DNA of 63,748 nucleotides, filler included, from Octopus bimaculoides (GCF_001194135.2; 6 parts of 5 records of this genome joined end to end with filler, not necessarily neighbours in it); one strand, 5' to 3'; numbered from the whole stretch's first letter, positions 51,983 through 63,663 are shown. Notes: a model not told the origin generated them from the sequence alone. Numbers and translations are program-made.

Positions 51983-53760
51983 ATTTAATGTATGTCATCA
52001 TCTTCACCATTTAACATCCATCTTCCATGCTGGCATGGGTTGGATAGTCTTACAGGAGTTGGTGAGCCAGAGAGCTTCATTAGGTTCTATTGTCTTCTTC
52101 GGCATGGTATTATGGCTGGATGCCCTTCCTAATGCCAACCATTTTGCAGAATGCACTGGGTGCTTTTTATGTGACATCAGCACCAGCGCTTTTTTACACG
52201 GCACCAACACTAGCAGGGTCTCCAAGTAACTTGTGAGACCTTGACCCCTCAAATGGAAGATGGATTTGTTCCAGGAGAGGTTAGAATATAATAGAGGGGC
52301 AAAAATGGGTGTCTTACTGTCGTAATCCAACGTCAACCTGTTAGAATGTCCACTCCAGTATAGCAGTATAGTTGGTTAGACAAGTAAGACATGACTATCT
52401 ATGGCTGACTTCTCCAACTACTTGACTTCCTATGTCACAGTATTTGTAACAACTGGCACATACCACTCGTCACTATTATCATCTCGATCACACTTACTAT
52501 AGAGACACTTGGCTATTCTCAGTCGGAATTAAAAGGCGAAGAAGGAGAGATAGTTAGATGGATTGATAAAAATACTGTACAAATTAATTGCAAAGTGGTA
52601 TCATCATCATTATCATCACATGCATTTAATGTCCACTTTCGATGCTGGTATGGGTTAGATGGTTTGACAGGAGCTGGCTAAGCTGAAGACTGCACCACGC
52701 TTTGCTATCTGTTTTGGCGTGGTTTTTACAGCTGGATGCCCTTCCTAACACCACCCCCCCTGTAGAGTGAACTGAGTGCTTTCCATGTGGCACCAGTACA
52801 GGCAAGATCAGTTTTGCCATGGTGTTTACAGCTGGATGCCCTTCCAAACACCAACCACTTCACAGTGTGGACTGAGTGCTTTTTAAGTGGCACCTTGACA
52901 TGGTTTTTACAGCTGGATGCCCTTCCAGATGCCAACCACTTCACAGTGTGGACTGGATGCTGTTTACAGGGCACCAGTAGTGGCAGGATCACCAAGTAAC
53001 TTGCAAGGCAAATATCCTTTGAGAGGGGAGGGAGGCATTGGAGATGATCTTGTACCAGGTGAGGAAAGGTTGCTGACAGAGAAACAGAATCAGGTGTTTA
53101 TGCAAATTGAAAATGGTAAGCAAATTTTTAATTGCATGTAATTAAAAAACAGTGTATAAATTAAAGAGGTTATGTTGTTAAATTCAAAAGGTATACGAGT
53201 GAAAAACTGAAGGGATGTCTGAATTTTAAAATAGTATTTTAATTTACCATAATATTCATTTAAAAGAAAGAAAAAAAAAACGATGTAAATTTATAATGTT
53301 ATATTAGCCATTATGTTACCCTGTTTCTGTTGAAATACTCTGCATTTCTTGCAATTCATCATCATCATCATCATTGTTTAAGGTCCACTCCCATGGGCTA
53401 GACAGTTTGATTTGGAACTGGATAGACTCCAACCGTCTCTTGTGGCATGCTTTCTATGGCTGGATGTCCTTCCTAATGTCAACCACTTAACATTTAATGT
53501 ATGTCATCATCTTCATCATTTAACATCCATCTTCCATGCTGGCATGGGTTGGATAGTCTGACAGGAGTTGGTGAACCAGAGAGCTTCATTAGGTTCTATT
53601 GTCTTCTTCGGCATGGTATTAAGGCTGGATGCCCTTCCTAATGCCAACCACTTAACAGAATGTGCCAGGTGCCTTTTACATGCCACTGTCACAGGTGCGT
53701 TTAAGCAGTGCGTACCCGGGTGCATTACTGTAGCACTGGCACAGGTACTTTTAAGTGGCA
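51983..53760 (-). mobile_element. Cluster of at least four RTE 3'-UTR-type elements
   Basis: Repeated catcatc..tttaa..ttccatgctggcatgggtt and gctggatgcccttcctaatgccaacc modules near 51995, 52610, 53355 and 53505. Confidence 0.8.
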
Positions 53761-54467
53761 CTGGCCCCTGTGTGTGTGGAAAACAGCGATTTTACTTAGC
53801 TTGACATGTCATACCAATTAATTGTTAAAATACTGACAGAAATTAGTAGTACCAGTAATTCAAAGGGGCCAGCTTAGTCACATTCTGTGTCCATGCTGAA
53901 TCTCCCTGAGAACTACATTAAGGGTACACATGTCTGCAGTGTATTTCAACAGAAATATCCTAGTCGTAGTGCAGTCACATGGTTGTAAAGTAAGCTTCTT
54001 AGCCACACACCCATTCCTGTACCATCACTTGCAAGTGTGTATGATTCACTAAGTATGTAGTGATGGGCAGATATGGACACCCATTTCTTTCCCACCTATG
54101 TGGTTTTGGATTCAGTGCCACTGCATATCACCTTAGGCAAGTGTCTCCTACTGTAGCCCTGGACCAATCGAAACCTTGTAAGTGGATTAGGTAGATGGAA
54201 ACTGAAAGAAGCCCATTGTGTGTGTGTGTGTACCTTTGTCTAGACATCACAAGGTGATGATTGTAAATAGGCATTGTTGTGCTACAAGCAAGGTTGTTTG
54301 ATTGTAATCATCTGTGATAAACTTGTCCAAGTATAGGGAAATATTACCTTACCTGGAAGCAGGTGAAGGTTGGTGACAGGAAAGGCATCTGCCCATAGAA
54401 AAAAGGCTTCAAGAATTTCAGTCTGACATATGCTAACATGGAAAACTGGACGTTAAATGGTAATGAT

Positions 54468-54655
54468 GAGCATGGCTCAGTGGTTAGAGCATCGAACTTA
54501 CGACTGTGAGGTTGTAAGTTCGAATCCCAGACCGGGCTGCGTGTTGTGTTCTTGAGCAAGACACTTTATTTCACGTTGCTCCAGTTCCCTCAGCTGTAGA
54601 AATGAGTTGTGACGTCACAGGTGCCAAGCTGTATCGGCCCCTTTGCCTTTCCCGA
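54468..54655 (+). mobile_element. tRNA-derived SINE
   Basis: A box tggctcagtgg, B box agttcgaatccc; same family as 21549-21713. Confidence 0.87.
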
Positions 54656-54774
54656 CTACATGTCAGATTTCTGTTTCAGATCCCTCTGCAGGGATCTGTT
54701 CTGCACTCCCACCTCCCTGTCTTAGAAATTCCTTTCATTCCTGGTGCTAAGCTGGCCTCGTTCTGCAACTATCA

Positions 54775-54945
54775 TGCACACACATGATGGGCTTCTTACA
54801 TTTTCCATCTACCTAATCCAGTCACAAAGTTTTTGGTAAGCTTGATGCTGTAGTAGAAGAGACATGCCCTAGGTGCCATACTGTGGAATCGAACTTGAAT
54901 CCATGTGGTTGGGAAGCAGAGTTGTTTAACCACAAAGCCATATCT
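54775..54945 (-). mobile_element. SINE (gtggtt/ggttcagtccca family), minus strand; further copies at ~54095-54225 (+), 58120-58265 (-), 58378-58515 (-)
   Basis: Reverse complement matches the head/body of 43632-44140. Confidence 0.72.
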
Positions 54946-55125
54946 GATAGCAATAACATAAAGTTTGGAGGTTTGCGTTTTCAAGAGCTGTAGGTTTGTG
55001 TTTTATTTATAACAGAGCAATAGGTTTGGCCCCGTTTATGGCGTCAACTGCCATGTACCACCATTGATATCATGTGACCTGTCATCATTATTTATTTATC
55101 TACTCATTTTATTTATTCGTTTTAG

Positions 55126-55195
55126 ACAATATCCGGATTACTATGAAGAGATTAAACAACCAATGGCCCTGTTTAATGTTCGCAAGAAGATAAAG
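55126..55195 (+). CDS. PBRM1-like: Next exon of the same gene (bromodomain ZA loop/helix A)
   Basis: tttattcgttttag|A..AAG|gtaact. Joins in frame to the previous exon (AG+A = Arg), giving LPSQRQYPDYYEEIKQPMALFNVRKKIK with the classic YPDYY..I..PM motif. Confidence 0.88.
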
Positions 55196-55333
55196 GTAAC
55201 TACTTTGATTCTCATCGTTCTACTTATCCATCTTCTTTCTACTCCATGTGTCTCTTGCCGCCTTGCCGTCTCTCTATTTGCTTTCTGTGTGTCTGTCTGT
55301 CTGTCTCCATTTTTTTTTTTTTACCACTATCCA

Positions 55334-55371
<38 letters not shown>

Positions 55372-55827
55372 AGCTGTTGCATCATTCCGTTATCTCCTGA
55401 AAAATAATTTGCAGCCTGTGATATTTGTAAACCTAGCAAACACCTCCAGTGACTTTCGAATATTTTTGAGGAAGCTGCTTCATGCTTGCTTGATTTGCTA
55501 GAAATAGCAGCTAAATCTTTCACTGCCTCATTGTCTGTCACTCTCAAGTCATGCTTGAGTGTACAAAAATAATAGAAAAAAAAAAGAGGAAAAAAAAATA
55601 AAAAGAGAGGCACATTGGATAATGTAGTCCTTGATACACTTTGCTTGTAAGAGAAAGAACAGATTGGCCATGCCTAGAATAACCTCCATCAGAAGTTTTG
55701 CTGGATAGAGCCTGACTTGGGGTTAAGCAATAAACAACGATGAAGAACACATTAGATAGTATAGTCCGAGATAAACTATGCCTGAATAAGAGATGTGGAC
55801 TAAGTGGAACTAAACAGAGACACACAT

Positions 55828-56033
55828 TAACCCTTTTGCACTCAGCTTTCTCTGTCACATTGAATGCTTATTTATTCACATCGTTTTGAATTTATCTTAC
55901 GGTATTGTGTGATTGTATATTATGAGAAAAACATTGCAGGGTAGGCGTGAGAGGCCTGATCTGGTCAGTTTGAACATAAAACACGAAGAATATTGGGGCC
56001 TGATGTGGCTGGTGGTGAATGCCAAAGAGTTAA
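55828..56033. mobile_element. piggyBac-like MITE (TTAA-flanked); related fragments at ~45690-46005, 47180-47295, 47770-47960
   Basis: ttaacccttttgcactc ... gaatgccaaagagttaa: TTAA at both ends with imperfect CCC-starting TIRs. Confidence 0.65.
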
Positions 56034-56037
56034 ATAA

Positions 56038-56530
56038 TGTAGTCCTAGATACACTATGCCTGACTAAAAGACAGGATGGTCACAGCTGGAGCACTTTTGA
56101 TGATAGGTCTACTGGACTAGGACTGACCTAGGGTTAAACAACAGCAACAACAAGGAGGGACACACATTAGATTATGTAGTCCTAGATACACTATGTCTGA
56201 TTAAAAGACAGGATGATCACAGCCGGAAACATTTTTGATGATAGGTCTACTGGACTAGGACNNNNNNNNNNAAGACAGGATGGTCACAGCTGGAGCACTT
56301 TTGATGATAGGTCTACTGGACTAGGACTGACCTAGGGTTAAACAACAGCAACAACAAGGAGGGACACACATTAGATTATGTAGTCCTAGATACACTATGT
56401 CTGATTAAAAGACAGGATGATCACAGCCGGAAACATTTTTGATGATAGGTCTACTGGACTAGGACTGACCTGGGGTTAAACAGCAGCAACAACAAGGAGG
56501 GACACATAAGATAATGTAGTCCTAGATATA
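56038..56530. repeat. 137-bp tandem repeat with alternating A/B variants
   Basis: agtcctagata recurs at 56041, 56178, 56382 and 56518 (10-N gap inside). Degenerate relatives at ~55610-55810 and ~56835-56915. Confidence 0.88.
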
Positions 56531-56542
56531 CTTATAGTTTAT

Positions 56543-56825
56543 AGTTGAGCTTGTGGCAACAGAGACCTCCGGCATCTGTGGCCCCTGGACCACATTCCTG
56601 CTCATTGCTATCAGGGTGGAGATTGCTGTCTGCAAGTGTAAGCCCCATGAGTCAAAGTGGCTGTTCAGTGCAGCATCTCTCATGTCATCCTCTGGGGCAA
56701 CGCCTTTACCATTTCGTGTACTGGGGCCACGAGGTGGCCTGACTTACAAGAAAATTGTATGTGGAACTCCTTAATGTAAAAGTTACTCCATATATATGTA
56801 TTTCTATTAAAAACAAAAAAATAAA
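56543..56825 (+). mobile_element. 3' fragment of a CRE-like (restriction-like endonuclease) non-LTR retrotransposon
   Basis: ELVATETSGICGPWTTFLLIAIRVEIAVCKCKPHESKWLF then, after a frameshift, CSISHVILWGNAFTISCTG. This fits the CRE-type C-terminus A.ET.G..GP....FL..I......P.E..WL.QR.S.AI.RGNA..I. A-rich tail near 56810. Confidence 0.68.
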
Positions 56826-57051
56826 GGTTTGTTTTGATAAAGACAGGGTGGTAATTGTTGGAACACTTTTGATCATAAGTTTGTTGGATTAGGACTGACC
56901 TGGGGCTAAACAAGACCTTTTAGATTTATTTTATTGTGAAAATTCTCTTGTTGAAATCCTCCAAACACAAAGGGCCGTAAGCACTGAACTTCTCTCGCTG
57001 TCAAAATCATCATCATTTAGTGTCTGTTTTCCATGCTGGCATGGGTTAGAT

Positions 57052-57555
57052 CAGTGTTTCCCAACATATTTTCTCCTAGGCCACAGTATAACTTTTCAGG
57101 AAAATGTATGCCCCACCAGTTGTTGGGGGGAAAAAAAGCAACTTTATTTTAAATATTTTATAGCAATTGTTTAATACAAAAAAAAATCTAGCGATAACTC
57201 TTTTTTGACTAAGAAAAAGAAAGTGAATCACTATAATGACAACTACAGTACCATGGCCCTCACAATTTTCCCAGGCTCCCCTGATAGGGCATATGCCCCA
57301 TGTTGGGAATCATTTCTCTATACAAAGTGTAGAATCACTTTAAGGAGCATCTTGTGCCTGACATGGCACCATACCCCACCATAATTTTCCCAGGCCCCCT
57401 CGAGTTGGGCATATGCTCCATGCTGGGAATCATTGCTCTATACAAAGTGTAGAATCACTTTAAGGAGCATCTTGTGCCTGACATGGCACCATACCCCACC
57501 ATAATTTTCCCAGGCCCCCTCTAGTTGGGCATATGTTTCATGCTGGGAATCTCTG
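57052..57555. mobile_element. hAT (Charlie-type) MITE with 8-bp TSD and internal 120-bp tandem repeat, nested in an RTE tail
   Basis: TIRs cagtgtttccca / tgggaatctctg; TSD ggttagat (57044-57051) / ggttagac (57556-57563). tg(t/c)tgggaat recurs at 57301, 57421 and 57541. Confidence 0.85.
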
Positions 57556-58759
57556 GGTTAGACAGTTAGACTGGAGCTGTTATGCTGGAGAGCTGTACCA
57601 GGCTCCAGTCTGATTTTGGCTTTGGTTTCTATGACTGGATGTCCTTCCTAACGCCAGTTACTTTACAGAGTGTAGTGGGTGCCCTTTACGATATATTGTT
57701 ATTAGATTTATCATTCTTGGTCACTATATACTAACTGAAGCTCTTGGCCATTATTGGAACAGTTAATGTTAAGAACAGAGTTTTGTCTTGTATAATGTTT
57801 CAGCCATGGTTAATTGATATGTAAGCAGTCGTCATTATCATCACCACCACCACCACCACTTAACATCCAATTCTCTCCAAGCTTTCCTGAGTCAGATAGA
57901 ATGTGTTGAGGCAGAGTTTCAATGGCTGCATGCCCTTCTCGTTATCAACCCTCACTTGTTTCTAAGCAAGTTAGTATTTCCCCCATGGCTGGACACCTTT
58001 TTGCACAAGAGTATTGAGAACAAAAGAGGTTGCTTGTGTGACGGTGAGGCTCATTTATAGGCATCTCATGAATGTCTAGACAAAGGTACACTCACACGTG
58101 CACACACATGCGCGCATACATGATGGGCTTCTTTTAGTTTCTGTCTATCGAATCTACTCACAAAGCTTTGGTCAGCTCAGAGCTATGAGAGAAGACACTT
58201 GCCCAAGGTGCCACACAGTGGGACTAAACGTCAGAGAACTTGGGAAGCAGACTGGTTAACCACAGCCCACATTATTAATATCTTTTACTTGTTCCAGTCA
58301 TTAAACTGTGGCCATGCTGGGGCACCACCTTGAAGAATTTTAGTGAAATGAATTGACCCCAGTATTTACAGACTTCTTTCAGTTTGCATCTACCATATGC
58401 ACTAACGAGGCTTGGGTTGGACTAAGACTATATTAGAAGACACTTGTCCAAAGTGCCATGCAGTGGAACTGAACCTGGAACCATGTGGTTGGGAGGCAGG
58501 CTTCTTACCACACAGCTACATGTGTAGGATACATTTTTGTTTTTAATATACTAACGAGAAATTTGATGCTGACGTCATTATCTCCATTCACTTGAAGAGC
58601 ATTGAGTGGTAAAAGTTTTCCCAAATGATGATGATGATGATGATGAAGACATTCCTTTTTGGGTTGGTTTTTGTTTAAGACGGTGAGATTTGGCTGGTAT
58701 TTCTAACAGGTGTAGCAACCTGTATATCTTCCCTGTTGCCTCATACATTTGTTTGCCAA

Positions 58760-59127
58760 ATAAGAGAGTAGGGTGTGATTTGAGAGGGATTTGGCTGCTA
58801 TTTCTACCAGGTCTAGCCATCATGTAATGGTTTCCTTCATAGGCTTATGCATACATATATATGCATATATGCAGTAAGACAGTACAGTGTGATTTGAGGG
58901 AGATTTGGCTGCTATTTCTACCAGGTCTAGTTACCATTGAGAGGTCTCCCTCATTGGCTCATACATACATATATACATGCATAAGACTGGTTGTGATTTG
59001 AGGGAGATTTGGCTGCTATTTCTAGGTCTAGCTACCATGTAGAGGTCTCCCTCATTGGCTCTGACATACATAAGACAGTAGGGTGTGATTTGAGGGAGGT
59101 TTGGCTGCTATTTCTAGCAGGTCTAGT
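58760..59127. repeat. ~90-115-bp tandem repeat (gtgtgatttgagggagatttggctgctatttcta..aggtctag..), 4 copies, running into a gap
   Basis: tgtgatttgag recurs near 58774, 58888, 58993 and 59084; unit length varies with a (CATA/TA)n spacer. Confidence 0.87.
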
Positions 59128-59938
59128 NNNNNNNNNNNNNNNNNNNNNNNNNNNNNNNNNNNNNNNNNNNNTTAATTAATTAANNNNNNNNNNNNNNNNN
59201 NNNNNNNNNNNNNNNNNNNNNNNNNNNTATATATACATATGTATATGTATATGATTGTGTGTCTGTGTTTGTTCCCCCCACCATCGCTTGACAACAGATG
59301 CTGGTCTATTTATGTCTCCGTAACTTAGCGGTTCAGCTGAAGAGCTGATAGAATAAACAGCAGGCTTACAAAGAATAACTCCTGGAGTCGACTCGTTCGA
59401 CTAAAAGGCGGTGCTTCAGCATGGCCGCAGTCAAATGACCGAAGCAAACAAAAAAATAAATAAAACCCCCCCTGCTCAGTCAGATCTAACACAACACTAA
59501 ATAGAAACCAACAACAACAACAACTTCATTACGTTGACCAGTACATAGTGAATATAGATATTGCACTGTGAGTTTGTAGAATTCCTGACTTACCCTGAAT
59601 ACGGTCACGGATGATGAAATGTTTGCCCATGATACCCGAGGAGAACATTGTTTGCAAAATGAGAGACGACTAACCCTTACTCATATTCAGATTCGCATTT
59701 ACAGTATCTTCTATACAGATCACTCATGGGTATCCAACCAACCGCGTGTGCGAGTTGATAAAGCGGTATATACAACGCCTGACAGGATTCAAGATTCAAG
59801 ATTGTAATTATATATATTAATTATATATATTAATTATATATATTAATAAAATACAGGGTAGCCAAAAAATTTTAGAAATTTTATTTACCACCAGTGGTCT
59901 AGCGAGAGTAAAAAACAGTCAATAGACTATGTATTATT

Positions 59939-60032
59939 CATTTAAAATACAGAGATGCCTGTAATAGGACATTTAACCCGCTATTTCTAGCGGGTTAGAT
60001 GTCCTATTACAGGCATTTCTGTATTTTAAATG
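59939..60032. repeat. Near-perfect inverted repeat, 45-bp arms, 4-nt loop
   Basis: catttaaaatacagagatgcctgtaataggacatttaacccgcta-tttc-tagcgggttagatgtcctattacaggcatttctgtattttaaatg; 43/45 Watson-Crick pairs. Confidence 0.95.
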
Positions 60033-60889
60033 TATATATATATATCTTTTATCTTTTGCTTTAGTTATCAAATTGCAGTCATGCAGGGGCACCAACTTGA
60101 TGAAATTTCGGTCGAATGAATCGACTCCAGGACTTATTTTTTTTTAAAGCCTGCTACTTATTCTATCGATCTCTAAGCTACGAGAACGTAAACACAGCAA
60201 CACCGGTTTCNNNNNNNNNNNNNNNNNNNNNNNNNNNNNNNNNNNNNNNNNNNNNNNNNNNNNNNNNNNNNNNNNNNNNNNNNNNNNNNNNNNNNNNNNN
60301 NNNNNNNNNNNNNNNNNNNNNNNNNNNNNNNNNNNNNNNNNNNNNNNNNNNNNNNNNNNNNNNNNNNNNNNNNNNNNNNNNNNNNNNNNNNNNNNNNNNN
60401 NNNNNNNNNNNNNNNNNNNNNNNNNNNNNNNNNNNNNNNNNNNNNNNNNNNNNNNNNNNNNNNNNNNNNNNNNNNNNNNNNNNNNNNNNNNNNNNNNNNN
60501 NNNNNNNNNNNNNNNNNNNNNNNNNNNNNNNNNNNNNNNNNNNNNNNNNNNNNNNNNNNNNNNNNNNNNNNNNNNNNNNNNNNNNNNNNNNNNNNNNNNN
60601 NNNNNNNNNNNNNNNNNNNNNNNNNNNNNNNNNNNNNNNNNNNNNNNNNNNNNNNNNNNNNNNNNNNNNNNNNNNNNNNNNNNNNNNNNNNNNNNNNNNN
60701 NNNNNNNNNNNNNNNNNNNNNNNNNNNNNNNNNNNNNNNNNNNNNNNNNNNNNNNNNNNNNNNNNNNNNNNNNNNNNNNNNNNNNNNNNNNNNNNNNNNN
60801 NNNNNNNNNNNNNNNNNNNNNNNNNNNNNNNNNNNNNNNNNNNNNNNNNNNNNNNNNNNNNNNNNNNNNNNNNNNNNNNNNNNNNNNNN

Positions 60890-60926
<37 letters not shown>

Positions 60927-61540
60927 CAATTATAAGTAAAGTCTAGGTTTGAAATTTAAAACTTAGCATCCAAACCTTATTTGGGATATATCCCAAGTAG
61001 TGCGCCAGCGCACCAAGTTCCCTTCTTATGGCTACGTGGCATCATCCACGGGAAATGCATTTTCGCCGTTGGATCTACGTTACGAATTCCTTGGTGTACG
61101 TTGAGTATATTCTAAATAATTGATACGGAAAACAGAATATACTGGAAACTTTATTTATGACAACGATCGTTTCAGCATAATTCAGCACTGCTCCCAAGTG
61201 GGTACAGAACGATATAATGAATTCCAATGCACCCCACAATGCAGAAATGCCTCATCAGGTGACATGATAGGATTCCAAGGTACATACGTGATATTTCAAT
61301 CATAGGCTTAACTAGATGATGCTGGTGGTCTCAAATACATTGAATGAAGTTGGTAAATAAAACATCGTCTTGGCAACAGTTTCAGAGTCGAAGCAGTTAG
61401 CTTGTTGTCTGTATTTATTTATTTATTTTTTTAAATTGGTTATCTTATCTTATCTTATATTATATTTTATATTATATTATATTATAATGTAATAAATTGT
61501 TAGATTGTCAATTGTATTTCTCTATTTAATTTATTACTTG

Positions 61541-61575
<35 letters not shown>

Positions 61576-62412
61576 NNNNNNNNNNNNNNNNNNNNNNNNN
61601 NNNNNNNNNNNNNNNNNNNTTAATTAATTAANNNNNNNNNNNNNNNNNNNNNNNNNNNNNNNNNNNNNNNNNNNNACGCGGAGGTGGCAGACAAGGAGAA
61701 TGGGTGAAGGAATTGAAGAAGAAGAAGAAGAAGAAGAAGAAGAAGAAGAAGAAGAAGAGGTAGATTCAAAATGCTGATCTACTAAGAACTAACTGAATTA
61801 AGAAGATACGTGTATTATCAAGATATCAGGATGCAAATATAAACATACAATCTAAAATTACAGTGTGAAATTTCAGTCGATAGGACTGTCAATTCTGGAA
61901 GACAGAATGAACATAGAGAAGTTTGCGTTTTCGTTGGTGAATGTAGATTTAATGTCATTACACGTACAAAAAAATTCTGGAGCCATGTTAACATAAATCA
62001 GAATGTTACATCGATATGTACTGATTGCGAGATAGTTTAAAAAGATTTCTTCTGCATTTGCATTCTATATATTCTCAAATGAATTATTCAAATATATACA
62101 ATATGAAAATTTTACCTTGTAAATTTCTATATCTCACAAAAAGTATATTGTATATTCAAGCGATTAGTTAAAGGGAATCCAAGGTATATTTTATCGTGAA
62201 CAATGCTGCTTGAATGAAGTGATCTTTTGCAAAATGGTATATTATCACAATTATTTATGTCTTAAAATATAATCTAATGCATGGAAACTTGTTAAACTTC
62301 TGAAATGTTCCAAAGGGAAGTATATGTGTGTGTTTATGTGTAAGCGTGCGTGTGCATTTGTATGTACACACAATTCACATACACACACACACACCCATTC
62401 ACACATTCACAC

Positions 62413-62443
<31 letters not shown>

Positions 62444-63663
62444 CATATAAATATATACATATATATGTATGTACTAATTAAAAGGGTAAAGGTTTATCAA
62501 TTTATTAATTTATTAATAAATCAACAATTAATAATTTTTACCAAGCCCTTCGGTATGTAAGCACCATTATCGGTGGATAACTTATTTAAAAGTTCATATA
62601 TATTTATAAACATAATTAAGGGATCAGCAAATATTTGCTTCACCACATACCGAAGTTCAGAAATAGCAGCTAAAAAAGTTGAGACTCCAACAGATAGCAA
62701 AAACAAGAAGAAAAAAACAATGAAAACTAACCATTCCGAAGATTAATCGTAGACGCGTTTCTGGATTATGAGTGATAAATACTCAATTTCCTTCATCAAT
62801 ACGATATTCCAGTAGTAAATTCGACTATGCTAGCAAACTGTGCATGCATGAACGAGTGAACATTCTACATCGACACAAACCTGAAAGCATAACCGAATCT
62901 ACCTCAGCCAGCCAGTCCACTATCCTTCCTTCCAGAAATTACCATGTGCGTGACAAGCAATACCGCAGAGAATCTGCGTTTACTAACAGGGACTGAATAA
63001 TTATTACCCTTTGACCGCAGTCTAATGACTGAAACAAGTAAAAGAGTAAAAGAGTATATCATAATATTGTACTATATCATATTACATTATATTATATTAT
63101 TACAATTTTCAGTTCGTTTCTGTCTAGTAAACAAAGTTAATCACTTATCGCAGGTAAGGCCAGGAGTCCGAAATGTTAAAATTGGTAAAAGTGGAGACTG
63201 TTAAACGTAACCAGGAATGTGATTTCCGCGTTAAAGGATCACTTACTGACAGCTGCATATGTATGTGTATATTCATTGTTATGCTTGTGCAGAAACATAC
63301 TTTGTCACAGTCACACAAAATCATACATAAACATCTCAAGCATGCTAAAAATTAATAGTTTTTCAGAGATCACAATTTTGCCATAGAAATGAAAACTATC
63401 AGTATAATTTTGAAAGAATTTCTTTGGCAATTCAGATTTATTTGAAAACTAATCAACTACAGAACACCAGGTGCAAATCAAGAGAAACTTTTAATGATAT
63501 AGCGAAAACAAAACAATAGGCGAATAACAATATAGGATTTAATATTGCTCTTCAGAATTATACATACGCACGCACATACAGTCTTTTGTATTTTTTAGGA
63601 TTTTCTCGTTTGTTTTACCTTCGTCAGCATTTTACCTTATGCATACCTATATAAGTATCTCTC

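Noticed and set aside
61225-61262. Perfect CTGATGA on the minus strand
   Set aside because: No GAAA core at a suitable distance after a stem II; not a hammerhead.
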